From Diadema antillarum (Eukaryota), in contig NW_027272359.1 of NCBI RefSeq assembly GCF_040938485.1, positions 1,116,001 through 1,180,000 of the forward strand: a stretch of 64,000 nucleotides of DNA. Reading direction: 5' to 3'. Positions within the stretch are counted from its first letter, which is position 1, and every line of letters begins with the position of its first letter. Below the pieces are notes generated by a model. The model did not search any database. It saw nothing but the letters and a program-made list of their open reading frames with translations, and was not told the DNA's origin. The position numbers and the translations under genes are program-made. Of this stretch, positions 39,897 to 52,257 are shown piece after piece.

Positions 39897-42800
39897 ATGG
39901 AAATGTAAGTTGCCCTGAAAATGTTGGGGGGGGGGGGGGGTGGGTGGGTGGGGACTGACATTGCACTGTAAAATTATTTTGCTTGCTGAAGATGCATCCA
40001 TTGCCATGCCATCGCATTGCATTGCCATTGGCATTGCATTGCGAGGCGAGATTGATTGGTAACTATGAACGAAGGAATACATTACATGTTGTACTGGTAT
40101 TCTTCTGAAAGAACAGATTCACCTCATCATGACCTAACTAACGTTACACTTTGCGGAATGATCGAATGCAGAGATGGAAACTGGCTAGGAGTAGGAGTAA
40201 TTCACCTCGGTGGGGGGGGGGGGGGGGGGGGTCAAGGTGAGGGTCTTTGACTTTGTACTTGTAGAGAACCCTAGTTGTACTATTAACGGAAAAGCTCCAG
40301 GAGTCTTCTTCTTCTTCTTCTGATTAAGTCTGCCTCCTTCAATAGACTGAAGATTCTTGCAGACTGGTGCTATTTACATTATAATACAATTTATTTACAG
40401 ATATTTACAAGCACATAGAAAATTTGACGAAAATAACTAGCCACTGTGATCAACCGTTAGACGGTTTCGAAATTATCCCACAGATGGCGCTGAAACAATT
40501 TCTGACAACAGGGAATTCCAGTTCCTTACAGTTCTTGGGAAGAACGAATGCCGATGCGATTCAGTTCTCGAATATGGTACCAATATGGAGTCGATCCCTA
40601 CTGAAGTGAAACTCATGAACTGGTTCAATACTAGTATTGAACCAGTTCATGAGTTTCACTTCAGTAGGGACTCCCGGAGCTTTCTGTTTTGGGATTAACG
40701 TTAGAAATTGTGCAAGTTCTCATCTATTTGTTACGGAAGATGATTCTGAAAGACACCATTTTCGATTTTGAGCATTTTCAGCTAAAAATTGGTTCAAGTG
40801 TGAATGAGTCTATAAAAACATATGACAAATAAAATAATGTCATTAATGACTTAGAACTCTTCCTAGTCTGTTTCTATTCGATGGCGCAACTTAAGTTTTA
40901 GAGACTCCTTTGTTTTGGATTATTTATTTAGAATAGCACTAGTGTGTAGTACAGTAGGCCCCTATAATTATGAAATAGACTGTAATTTGTGAGATGAAGC
41001 CATGTGTAGGTACCCTCCAGCAAACAAGAGAATAAAGAAAAAGTTTACGTTAGCGAGGCTTCCCATCCGATTGTAGTTGTTTAACTTGTAGAAATTGTGA
41101 TCTTGCAAGCACACACTCACAACTTTTTGAATTGTTTTCCCCCACTGCAGAATCAATGAGAGTGCAGCCATGCTGAGTAATTATGAGGTAAGAGTCTGGG
41201 AATAGAAGTTGTAGTAGAAGTCTTTATAGCTTTTATGTAAATGACAATGCTACCTGGTAGTCATTCTTTTCGTTTTTTGATCTTTTGGAATTGAATGGTA
41301 GTGGGGTAATTTGGATCATTTCTTCAATGGACTTTTGTGAAGCCTTTTTTTTTTTTGTTATTATGTAGTAGCCTTATTATCATCAGAATGAAGAACCTCC
41401 AGGGAATTAGCCGTTACTATAGGATTGTAATATTACACAATTTTTCTTCCATCGTCTTTTTGCTTGTTTCAAGATGAAGCACTTCTGTAATCCACAACAA
41501 CTAATAACTGAGTGAGCAAGTCAAACTATGAAAAACAAGATACACAAGACTTTTATATGTGCAATGCTGAGAAGAAGAAACAAGATGATTTCACATTCAA
41601 AGTATGTGCATACCCCACAGTAAATATTTTTTTCTGATGACCAGAAAGTTTGTTACAAACTTGCCTGACAGAACTACAGCTGATGGATCCAAAAGTCATT
41701 TGAACAGCTTGATTGGTTTAGTAGTCGGTGAAAATCATATCACCTTTAACATGTTACTAAATAGTGTGTTTAATGTGAATTAGCTTGCTCTGTAGAGGCA
41801 ACAAACTTTATTTCCATACACTACCACATCCTTGGCTATCTTGCTTTCCTTGTTCTGGTTTAATATCTGTTTTTGCCATATCAGAACTTTTGGTAACTGC
41901 GTCTATGTTACTTTGTCCTGGTTCATACCTTTTTCCCCACTTCTTTAGGTCTTCTCCCTGCTGAGTGATCTACAAGCTGAAAGTGCTCGAAAGGGAAAGA
42001 AAAGTATCAGCAAGAAACAGCAGAATCTGGCCACCATTTCCTATGAGGTATTAGTGTCTGCATGAAAGCAATGTACATGTGTTTAATCCTTAAAATCCCT
42101 GACTGAAAGAAAGTGCCGGGAGTTTCCGTAGTGACTGAAGATTCAATTGTTAGAGCATGGGCTGTTTGTGGTTTGTCTGAAGATGAGGGAGAAAATGGTA
42201 GGAGGTATGAATCAAACAACATAAAAGTCATACTTTTGAATGTGATACATGTATGAAGCTGTTAATATGTATCATTTTAAAAAGCATAAAGAATTCCTAG
42301 CCTGTTTCAGAGATGTGAGGTAATCAAGAAGGAGAACGTGGTACATTAAGGAAACTGTACAGAAATCACTCAGATTAGTAAACTGTTTTTGCTGTGTATG
42401 CTTGTTGCACATCACTGTGTGTGCAATTCCTCATTTATTTTGTTAACTAAACAAACAAACAATCAAACAAAATATGCATAACACTGTGAAATTTGATACT
42501 CTTCTGAAAGTATGGGCTCATCTACACTTGGAAAATGAAGCCCCGTTTTAACAGACCTTACTGCGACAATGCCCTGGTAGCATTAGGGTCACAAAATTCC
42601 TCGCCTTGGACAATAAAACAGCAGGAGGTAACAAAAGCAAAAAGCAAAAGTTATCAGGACAACATCCAAGCAACATTTTGCGGGTACCGTTTTAACAGGC
42701 AGGGTGAAAAAAAGATTACCTTGACGCTACTTGTGTCTTTTGTGGATGCAGCGTTGAGTCATTAATGTGTCATTTCTGTTCAAAATCTCAAGAATGGTTC

Positions 42801-42984
42801 ATATTTGATATTTGAAAAGTGCTACTCAGGAGACACGACAGTTATAAAATTACCCTAGCTGGTTTCCATCTTTGGGGTTATAGGAGCTACTGAACCTAAT
42901 GATCCACTCATGATCAATTTGTATTCATTCATTGTGATCAGTCTGCAGCTGTCATTCACACCTCCCCCCCCCCCAAAAAAAAAA

Positions 42985-43020
<36 letters not shown>

Positions 43021-44769
43021 AATAGATTGCCTTTAATTTGAATATCATATAATGATGGCCAGTGTTCAGAGATAGCCTTGCATATATTCTCATTTCTCAT
43101 AAAGTGACTAACTAGATCACACTGTCTTATTCATTTGTATTTAGTAGAAGGATATAATGTTCACCTAAAGTGGATTCAGGCTTTTGTCATGGTCCAGAGG
43201 TAGAAACCATATTAACTTCATCATCATCATCATGATCTTTTCCCTACTAGACAATCAAATACTTGGAGAAGACTCCATGTCATCTGCAGTCAGCTGAAGT
43301 CCTGGAGGCATTTCTGAAAGCAGTTGCTCCCTATAAATTGACAAAGTAGGGTTCTCCTTTTTTTTTTAGTTCTTTATCACATTATCATTTAATTGAATGA
43401 ACTTTCATATATTTTATCATCAATTTCATTACTGCCTATCACTGATGCTTCCGAAACATTTCAAGGAACATACAACTGGAAGTGCAATTTTAATGTTTTG
43501 TTTAAATTACGATGTAAATTGATTTGAATAGCTAGTTCTTTTTATTCTATTTGTTTATTGATGACTTCAACTCACATAATTTGCATAATGGCTGTGACCA
43601 ATACAGTGCACTCCTGTTAAAACAAACACGGTTGTAACGAAGTTCTGGTTACAACGAAGTAAAAAATTCAGGCCGCAGCATCATCTGCTCTATGTATTTT
43701 TATTGTTTATTTGTTTGGTTGTAACGAAATTTTGATATAACGAAAGGCAACTGCTGGTCCCGAGGACTTCGTTATTATAACAGGAGTCCACTGTACCATG
43801 TAGAATGTGAGAATTACAATTTGCCTATATATATATTTTTTTTTTTCAGCGTATTAATGCTCAGTGTGTATAAGCTACGACATCAAATGTTTAAAAAAAC
43901 GTCATATAAAAGCATAATTAATGACATTTTGATCTTTTGTGCTGCGTGGTTGATGTAATTATTCACTTCACATTATTTAAAGTCATATGTGTATATCATT
44001 CCTACAGGGCAGAGAAGCTGCAACTTTTGAACCACAGACCAACAACCACAGTGGAAATTATGGCAGTAAGTCAGTCAGTCTGTGTCCATCAATAGTTTAA
44101 TTCTGTGCAATGTCATGGAAGGACAAGGTCTCTGTTGTATGTTTATTTGCACTGTATCCACCAATGTCATAATACTGAACTAGGTATTCAGATTTGAAAT
44201 TTTCTGTCTTAGATTTGGGAATGGGAGAAATGGTCAAATTAATAATTATCAAAGTGTAGAGTTAGTATCATTGTACTCCATCCATCCCAATTTGAAAACA
44301 ACAAGAACAAAAACAGCCAATGCAGGTTCTCTGAATAATTGGATTTCAACCATAATGATGCTGTCCCATGTACATCCATCACATGATGTGTGTGTGTGTG
44401 TGTGTGTGTGTACATGTGTGTATGTGTGTGTAGATGACGAGTAGAGCTAACACCCCCCCCCCCCCACACACACACACAATAGAATGTGATAATATTGTTG
44501 GTAGTGTTTTTTTTTGGTTTTTTTTTGGTTTTTTTAACAGGCAGGTATTCCCTTGAGAGAAGGCATGTATAGGTCATTTTCTGAAATTCATAATTTTATA
44601 TCTTTGCTGATGCCCGTCTTCACAGATGATAGAGGAATGTGAGGAGAGATTGACAGAAGAGCAGATGGAGGAACTCATCCAGGTCATCATTTCCACGTTG
44701 CCTGGAGACCAGGAGATGGAAGAGGGAGGAGAGTTGACCAGGCAGGAAGAGGAGGAAGGATGGCGCTGA
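39897..44769 (+). CDS. CRCP: DNA-directed RNA polymerase III subunit RPC9 / CGRP receptor component protein, complete 6-exon gene, 146 aa
   Basis: Exons 39897-39904, 41151-41187, 41949-42047, 43251-43345, 44008-44065, 44626-44769, total 441 nt, all GT-AG and in phase. Protein: MEIINESAAMLSNYEVFSLLSDLQ...QQNLATISYETIKYLEKTPC..QS.E...FL.A...KLTKAEKLQLLNHRPTT.VEI..MIEECEERLTEEQ.E.L, the RPC9/CRCP signature. Confidence 0.97.
40304..40594 (-). mobile_element. 5'-truncated CR1/L2-group LINE 3' end with (GAA)n tail, in CRCP intron 1
   Basis: Minus strand encodes VPYSRTESHRHSFFPRTVRNWNSL.SEIVSAPS, the typical C-terminus of CR1/L2-group ORF2. Confidence 0.8.
40595..40670. repeat. Perfect 76-bp palindrome with no spacer
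   Basis: TCCCTACTGAAGTGAAACTCATGAACTGGTTCAATACT followed directly by its reverse complement. Confidence 0.95.
41151..41187 (+). CDS. CRCP: CRCP exon 2
   Basis: INESAAMLSNYE; acceptor TTTTCCCCCACTGCAG, donor GTAAGA. Confidence 0.93.
41949..42047 (+). CDS. CRCP: CRCP exon 3
   Basis: VFSLLSDLQAESARKGKKSISKKQQNLATISYE. Confidence 0.95.
43251..43345 (+). CDS. CRCP: CRCP exon 4
   Basis: TIKYLEKTPCHLQSAEVLEAFLKAVAPYKLTK. Confidence 0.95.
43604..43793. mobile_element. pogo/Tigger-type MITE (family T) in CRCP intron 4
   Basis: Same TIRs and TA TSD. Confidence 0.85.
44008..44065 (+). CDS. CRCP: CRCP exon 5
   Basis: AEKLQLLNHRPTTTVEIMA; donor GTAAGT. Confidence 0.96.
44626..44769 (+). CDS. CRCP: CRCP exon 6 (terminal)
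   Basis: MIEECEERLTEEQMEELIQVIISTLPGDQEMEEGGELTRQEEEEGWR-stop. Confidence 0.95.
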   Translation: MIEECEERLTEEQMEELIQVIISTLPGDQEMEEGGELTRQEEEEGWR

Positions 44770-45557
44770 AGTCATGATGACAACATCAGCGGACATTGGA
44801 TTGACATGGTGAAGATTGCTGCACACTGGTGGCTAGACACAGTTTGACTTGTAGACGGAGGGATCAATAGACGAGGTTCCAGTGATGTCATCAAGGCATG
44901 CTGAGTGGCAAAAACTGTATGGGGGCTCACATACGTGTGGGCAAGCAGATAAGTGTTGCATCCCACCTCCCATTCATTGTATGTGATTTTATCAGGTCAT
45001 TCAGTCAGGCTGGTATGCGGTACGTGTACCGTGCCCAAGAGCAATGCACACGTGATTTGTTTTTGCCCCTCAGACAACACGTCGTGTGACGTCATGGAAC
45101 CTTGTCTGTAGGTGTTCCAGTGTTGAGTCACTGGAGAAACAAAAACCTGACACAGATCTCAGGAGTGTCGGGGTCACTAGCAGAGTGACGACGTAGTGCA
45201 AGGGAGTTGATCAAGATTGACTGCCAAGAGGAGGCTCTGACTCACATTTTCATAGTGCTGGCACCAATGAAACCATGTCATGAATAATGGTTATGTTATA
45301 CTGCTTTTACAGCCTTCCAGATGTAAAGTTGACTTATTTTCTAGTTTTACTGATGAGCTATATTGTGTTAATTTTGCCATATCATCATACAACAGAGTCC
45401 AAATTTTGTGCACTCTAAGTGTATAGCTGGACTTAAGTCATTTTATTTCTATTATATATGTGTGGTTTGGAAAAATATTGATTGACTTTTTTATGTGGTA
45501 TGCCAAGTCAATGCAATGTACACAATCGAACAAGAATGTTAACATTTTCTACACGAT

Positions 45558-46420
45558 AACTAGAAGTATCACTGAAGATGATTAATACCCAAGCCTACCT
45601 CTTCTGTACTGGTACATGGCTGAGAACAATACACTGAATACTCATGTGCTGTTGCCATGGCAACATACTTCCTGCTACTCTTGAAAACAAGATGTCTTGC
45701 ACAACCACTTATTGTCATAATCATGTGCCAAATTTCAAGTCAAATGCTCAAAAACTGAGGAAGTACTGCGATCCACAAGATTTTGTATGTCAATGTGAAA
45801 AAATTATTTTGCCGTGGCGAAAAATTTTTTGACACTCATAATCACAATTTTACATTACAGCAATAATGTGTCAAATCCCAAATGAATTGCTCAAAATATT
45901 GAGTGTTTTGATCCAAAAGATATGTATGATTTGTATACAAAATACTGTTGCCATGGCAACACCTATTGTGTCACTCATCAAAAGGTGTCTTGCACAGTAA
46001 CTATGATAGCGATCTCATGTCCCAAATTCCAATGCATTTACTAAAAACACAGTATTCCCCTTGACAAAATTTTGTATGAATTGATATAAAATGCCTTTGC
46101 CATGGCAGATTGTTATTACAGTGCTTCCCTGTGCCTGGCAGATTGTCGTTACGGTGTGGGAGTGTGCATGGCAGATTTTCATTAGGCTGTGGGAGTGCAC
46201 ACAGGGTTAGCAACATTCTGCCATGCGCAGGGAAGTGCGTTAACAACAATCTGCCAGGCGCAGGGAAGTGCTGGAAAAACAATCTGCTACGCGCACGACA
46301 ATACATATCCTACTGTATTTGCCCAAAGATGTCTTGCACAATAAAGTATGATAGCAATGACACATCCCAAATTTTAGGTTCATTGCTCAAAAACTAATAA
46401 GAATTGTTTAGCCCACAATT
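45558..46420 (-). mobile_element. Diverged HINE-related element, with an internal inverted-repeat segment at ~46095-46315
   Basis: AACTAGAAGTATCACTGAAGATGATTAATACCC is the reverse complement of the HINE 3' end. GTTGCCATGGCAAC palindromes at 45651 and 45947. Confidence 0.6.
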
Positions 46421-46427
46421 TCTTTAA

Positions 46428-46842
46428 AGGACAAGTTCATCTTCATAGACATGTGGGTTTAGTGAATGCAGCAATATTTGTAGAACACATCAGTGAGAGT
46501 TTGAGGAAACTCGGACAATCCGTTCAAAAGTTATGAATTTTTTAAGTTCCTGCTCAGTCACGGCTGGATGAGAAGACTACTATAGCTTGTGATTTCACAT
46601 GTGTACAAAGATATAAAGAAAGAATAAGGAAAATTCAACATATTTTCTCTTTTCTCGCATAACAAAAGAACAATTGACTTATCTCTATCAGAAGGCAGGG
46701 TGAATAATATTACCCTTAACATGCGTCAGTAACAAGTCGAAGAAATGTGCACTTTATTCAAAAAGTAAAGTTTTGTGAAATTCTCTTGTTAATTTCCTGA
46801 TATCGTTGTACACATGTGACATCATACACTGTAGTAGTCTTG
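46428..46842. mobile_element. Family-B MITE, one end truncated
   Basis: TTAA|AGGACAAGTTCATCTTCATAGACATGTGGG..., collinear with the 26452 copy. Confidence 0.8.
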
Positions 46843-46886
46843 CAATTGGTCAAAAGTTTTGATGAGCAGTTAAGCAGTTTTTAAAG

Positions 46887-46920
<34 letters not shown>

Positions 46921-47012
46921 GTATACTGGTACATCTGTGAGATGACAAGACTAATGGGGAAGTTAAAATTTGTATCCGATATTCATATCAAGTGGAAAGT
47001 GGTCAAAGGTGA

Positions 47013-47648
47013 TGTGATCTCCACCGACAGTTGACACATCAAGAAATGACTCTGTAGCCACCGTAACCAGACAGGCCGACTTTATTGTGGAACCGCAACA
47101 GCATTCCAGTACACTGGCAGTAGACCGTCTACAGCCGACATTAGCTATTAGCTACTAGCCGTTCGATCTGTAGCAAATTATAGACACAACCAATACTCAT
47201 AAGGGCATGTTCAATTAATACCCAAACACTAAATGGTATTGATAAATCATACTTGCTAATTCCATCCTGCTCATGTGTCCACATATCAGATCTCACATCT
47301 GTATGCTATATTACACTTCCTTTTGACCATATTATTACTTGTGTAATTCCCCCAAATAAAGTTACATATGTATCCTAAATCATATTCAATATCATACTTC
47401 TTTTTATTATTTACTAAGCACTCTGACAATAAACTGTCATATTGCATATCAACCTTCCATGTGTTTGCTTAACTTGTGTTTTATACACCTTCCAATGAAT
47501 TATCAGACAGGCATGTTAATAATTACCCTTTCATCATTTAAATTCCTTACTTCAGCCTGTATGAGATTTATACACCGTTCATTTGTATCCAATTGTACGC
47601 ATAGATATCCGTACAGCATTCATCGTTAAACACATTCACATGTGTACA
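47013..47648 (-). mobile_element. LTR-like direct repeat A' (downstream copy)
   Basis: Direct repeat of 52258-52892. No polypurine tract before it, and no target-site duplication seen (flanks GGTGA vs GTATG). Confidence 0.75.
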
Positions 47649-47790
47649 TGTAACTGGATGGTTTTCAGCAATGCTGCATTCTCAGCACACTGGCGTACCT
47701 TTCACGCTCAACAACCACACGATGACACTTTGAAGAACTCCAAAGCAGACAGTGATGTACAATTTGTACAAAGATGGTCATTTATTATCT

Positions 47791-48016
47791 TGTAGATGAA
47801 GTTCACAAGTCTTCCGGTGCGGTATAAGAGAGTGGGTATCTCCCACTCAATGAGTGACCGATGAATACATGAATGCTCGAATCAACTAACTTCAAAGAAC
47901 AAAATCATTCTATTTATAATGATTCTGAGGGTGCAGCACATGGTGCTATGGAAAATTTTGTCTAGCACCACCTAGCAACACCTAGCAACAACATAATGAA
48001 TATAATAGCATTTACA
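47791..48016 (-). mobile_element. Probable 3' LTR (LTR-B) of the Gmr1-like Gypsy element
   Basis: Preceded by polypurine tract AAGGGGTGGAGCA (48017-48029). Termini TGTAAA...TCTACA and an internal TATAAATA. No second copy in the window. Confidence 0.5.
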
Positions 48017-48439
48017 TGCTCCACCCCTTAATAATTTATGCAAACCATCCTCCAATCAGTTGTCGGTTACATGGCTTTAGGCTATGATCATGCCTGTTCA
48101 AAAGTGACCATTAATATTTACAGTCCGGCATCCATGCTTTCGGAATCCTTCTTCTTGGCCAGAACGGTATTTAGTGTCCAAATGATGATGAAATTCAAAT
48201 TCACATCGTCAGGTACTTTAAAGGGGTTTTGGGGTAGAGAGTTCTCTATAGTCAACAGCAAGGCAGAGGGTTAACTTGTGATGTTAACATAATATATAGG
48301 ACTATATGTTCTCTAACAACATCATTATCATGACTGAGATACAAGGCATTAACATACATGTACATTTTCTCATAATTCTATTACCAGAGAGCAAATTCCT
48401 CACAACTAGGAGTAGCTATAATTGCATAATAGCCACAGC

Positions 48440-50800
48440 TTACATGCGTGACAGACCGTCCACATTCCCATTTTTAGCCCCGCTTCTGTATTCTACATGC
48501 ATGGGGTAAGCCTGCAGCTGCAGACACCATCTCATTAACCTAGCATTATGGTTCTGCATCTGATGGAGCCATCGGAGTGGGTTGTGATCTGTCTGTACAA
48601 GGAACTTCCTCCCAAACAGGTATGGCTGAAACTTTTGGATAGCCCCCACGATTGCCAGGCATTCCTTCTCAATCGTGGCGTACCTTTGTTAACTAGGCAG
48701 CAGCTTTTTGCTGATGTATGCTATGGGGTGCTCTTCCCCAGTCTCATCTTTCTGACTGAGCACTGCCCCAATACCTCTGTCAGATGCATCCACCTGTACA
48801 ATGAACTCTTTTTCAAAGTCAGGATTCCTGAGCACAGGAGATTTCACTAGTGCATGTTTGATTACCTCCAGTGCTTCACTGCACTTGCTGTTCCACCTAA
48901 CTAACCTTGGGTCATTCTTACGGGTGAGATCTGAGAGTGGGGCTGCCACTTTGCTGTAAAGTAATGTGTAGTTAGGGATGAATTTACGATAGTATCCAGT
49001 CAGTCGTAGAAATGCACGCACGTCGGTTTTTGTGACTGGTTGAGGGAAATTTACGACTGCGTCAATCTTCGCAGGCTCTGGCTTGACACATCCCTCACCC
49101 AAAACAAAGCCAAGGTATAATACCTCTTTTCGTGCAAACTTGCATTTGCTCAGCTTTGCTGTCAAGCCAGCCACTCGCAGTCTACCAAGCACCTCCCGCA
49201 CATGAGCAAGATGTTCATCCCATGACTCGCTGTAGATGATGATATCATCTATATATGCTGTCGCAAATTCATTCACGTCTCGCAGCACCTGGTCTACCAA
49301 CCTCATAGGGTCCTTGCCATTTGGCTAGCAGCTTGTTGCTGCTTGATGGGAGGAGGACTAACACCTTGTCGCCTACTTGTAGGTCTTTTGTCCTGGCTTT
49401 CCTGTCGTACCAGGCTTTCTGCCTCTTCTGGGCTTGGGCAAGGTTCTTTTGGGCAGCTGTCGTGATGTTGGCTAATCTCTCCCTACAATTTAGCACATAT
49501 GATACTAACCCTTCCTCTGTCACTGTCTCCCCCAACCATGCCTCTCTGATCACATCTAGGGGCCCTCTTACTCTGTGTCCATTCAGGAGCTCAAGAGGGG
49601 AAAACCCTGTAGATTCTTGGGGAACCTCCCTGTAGGCAAACAGTACATATGGGATGAGGTCATCCCAGGTCATATTTCCCTACAGTGTGTAGGGTACGTT
49701 TCAGCATGTCTTTCAGGGTGGCATTAAATCTTTCAACTAGGCCATTAGCCTGGGGATGGTAGGGGCTGGTCCTTATCTGTTTAATGCCTAGACTACTGTA
49801 CAGCTGCTTCATGAGTAGGGACATGAAATTTGACCCCTGGTCTGACAAGCTAGTTCATGGGGGATCCCTACTCTACTAAAGATCCTTATCAGCTCGTCTG
49901 CCACTCTCTCCGCCTCAATGGAGGGGAGGGGTACTGCCTCTGGATACCAGGTTGCATAATCACACACAACAAGAATGTACCTGTTTCCCTTCCTACTACG
50001 AGGCAGTGGCCCTACTATGTCAATTGCTATCTTTCTGAAGGGGCTGCCAATGACTGGCACTGAGACTAGTTTTGCCCTACTAATCCCTCTTGTCTGGCTT
50101 GCACACTTTTGGCACGGGCCACAAGTCTTGCAAAATTCTGCCACATCTCTGAAAATACCAGGCCAATAAAAACTCTGCATCAATCTTTGCTGTGTTTTGC
50201 CTACCTCGAGGTGACTAGCTGTTAGGTTGTCATGGGCAACCTCCAGTAGTCTTGTTCTATACCCCTTTGGTACTACTATTTGCGTGTACACCTCACTACT
50301 TTCTGATTTAGAGTTTCCTGACCATTCTCGCATGAGTACCCCATTATCGACATAGAAATGACATTTTCCCTCATCTCCCTCTTTCTTTTCCACCTTCTCC
50401 CATACTGATTTCAATGAGGGGTCATCTTGTTGGGCTTGAATCAATTCCTTTCTACCAATGTCTAAGTGAGTGGGGAGTATTTTCTCTCCTTGTGGCTGTT
50501 CTCCGTTTGCTGCCTTGTCACTAGTAGTATCAGACTCACCTGTCCCCACAGATGTATCATCATCGTGCGCATCATTCACATCATACACCTCATGTGCACC
50601 ATCCTCTCTCTCATCATCATCATCATTGCCACTATCTGCAGCCTCCTCTTGCTCATTCTCCCCGAACAAGTCCCTCACCTGAACTTTGGATCTGATCACT
50701 TCTGCTCTAGTTTGCTCTTCTTTTAACTCCTTTTCACGGGCCTGATTTCTTGTTACCACTAAGCCTGCCTCTTTTCTACTCACATCGCCCCATTGGAGAC
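48440..50800 (-). mobile_element. Ty3/Gypsy pol fragment with Gmr1-like order INT-RT-RNaseH, internally deleted and frameshifted
   Basis: Integrase HHCC (HDNLTASH...FYWPG...CKTCGPC) and DDE (AIDIVGP, SDQGSNF, GLVERFN), plus WQGPY. Then RT (AYIDDIIIYS, KCKF, YLGF) and RNase H (DASDRGIGAVL, TDHNPL, RWCLQLQ, DGLSR). Integrase is 5' of RT. Confidence 0.93.
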
Positions 50801-52234
50801 TCCATTTTGTGACTTCTCCTTACCTCTCACTGTTTCACCACCACGACTACCTGAAGTACCCGCTGATGACTTCTTGTTAAACTCATGAAGAAACCTGGTG
50901 TGTCGTCATGAACAACCTTTCACAGAGCATGTCCTATTCAACCTACACCGAGATACAAAGTGCCCAGGGACCAAACAATTAAAACACACCTTCTTCAGTT
51001 TAGCCAAGTCAACTCGTCGCTCCGGTGTCATGTCGCGAAACTTCTTGCAGCTGAACGGTCCATGTTTATCCTCACATAATGGGCAAGCTTTCTCTTGTTT
51101 GCTGTTGTTGGTAGTGGTAGTGGTGAAGCTGCTACTTGCAGGCCTCATTTTCTTTGTGGGAGTTTTGGCCTCGAACATACCATACACTGGGTCATTAACT
51201 TCCTCAGCCACATCAACCACAAATTTCACGACGTGAAAAATGTTTGGTGCTATACTGGTGCTACTCATCTGGGCGACCATCCTCAGCCATCTTGATCTGA
51301 GAAAGTGAGGCAATCTTTGGATGATTTTGGCCAACTCCGTCTGAGCTCCCAGCTCCGCTACCATGTCCAGGGCCACAAGTGTCTCTGAACGCGTTCGCAG
51401 CTGATCGGCGTACTCTCTCAGAGATTTAGTTGTTATGGTTGGACCTTCAGTGACCTTCTGGATCCACGCATCTCGAATCTTATGGCAATTACCAAAACGT
51501 TCTGTCAGAAGTTCTCGTGCCCTGACATAACCTCGCTCTGGATCTATCATCAGGCAATTCTCAATTACCCTCCTCGGCGTGCCCTCACATAATCGATTGA
51601 TATAACCGCATCAACTTTCCACTTGCTGGCAGAGATGAATTTCCTATCGCACAATCAAACGATGCCTCAAATTCTTTGTATCGCAGAGGATCCCCACTGA
51701 ATTTGATCAGCTCTGGACTAGGAAGATGCATCATTTCAACCAGCTTTGTTAAAGCGTCAGTATCTGGCCTGGTATGACGTTCGACCTCTGGGTTGAATTC
51801 CTTCCTGGCACTGGATAGGGAATGGTCATTTCTCCTGCTGCTTCATCACTAACGCCCTGATTCACATTAACGTCACGACCCGCACTAGCACCACGTTCTG
51901 CACTAACGCCACAATCCGCATTAATTCCAGACCCTCGATCAATCTTAACTCCGAATCCTCGGTCTTGTTCTGCATAAACTTTCTCTTCCGCATCTAGAGC
52001 TCTCATACGAGCTTTCAATTCCAGCTCAACCTTCCTCTGCTTCAGCCGTAATTCTTGCAACTCAAGGCCCTGTTGCTGCCGGAGTACATCCATCTGTGCA
52101 GCAACTGCTGCCTTTTTCACCATTGCCCACACACGAGCAGTGGAGCTAGAACTACTTCTCCGGCTGACTTGGCTGACTGAATCCTCCGACCCCACTTCTG
52201 GACTAACACCATGGTCTCCCTTCGTCTCACTCAT
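50800..52234 (-). mobile_element. BEL/Pao retrotransposon gag (DUF1759-type), frameshifted pseudogene
   Basis: Ser-rich N-terminus followed by a coiled coil; LPSPELIKFSGDPLRYKEFEASF; GYVRARELLTERFG; three Cys-His motifs CPLC..H..C, CFNCL..GH...C and C..KGC.*RH...LH. Stops and frameshifts at ~51750, ~51590 and ~50906. Confidence 0.88.
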
Positions 52235-52257
52235 GATGACCCAAAGTTATCGAACTT

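Noticed and set aside
39897-47000. Mevalonate kinase expected opposite MMAB
   Set aside because: The + strand exons encode CRCP, and no MVK motifs were seen.
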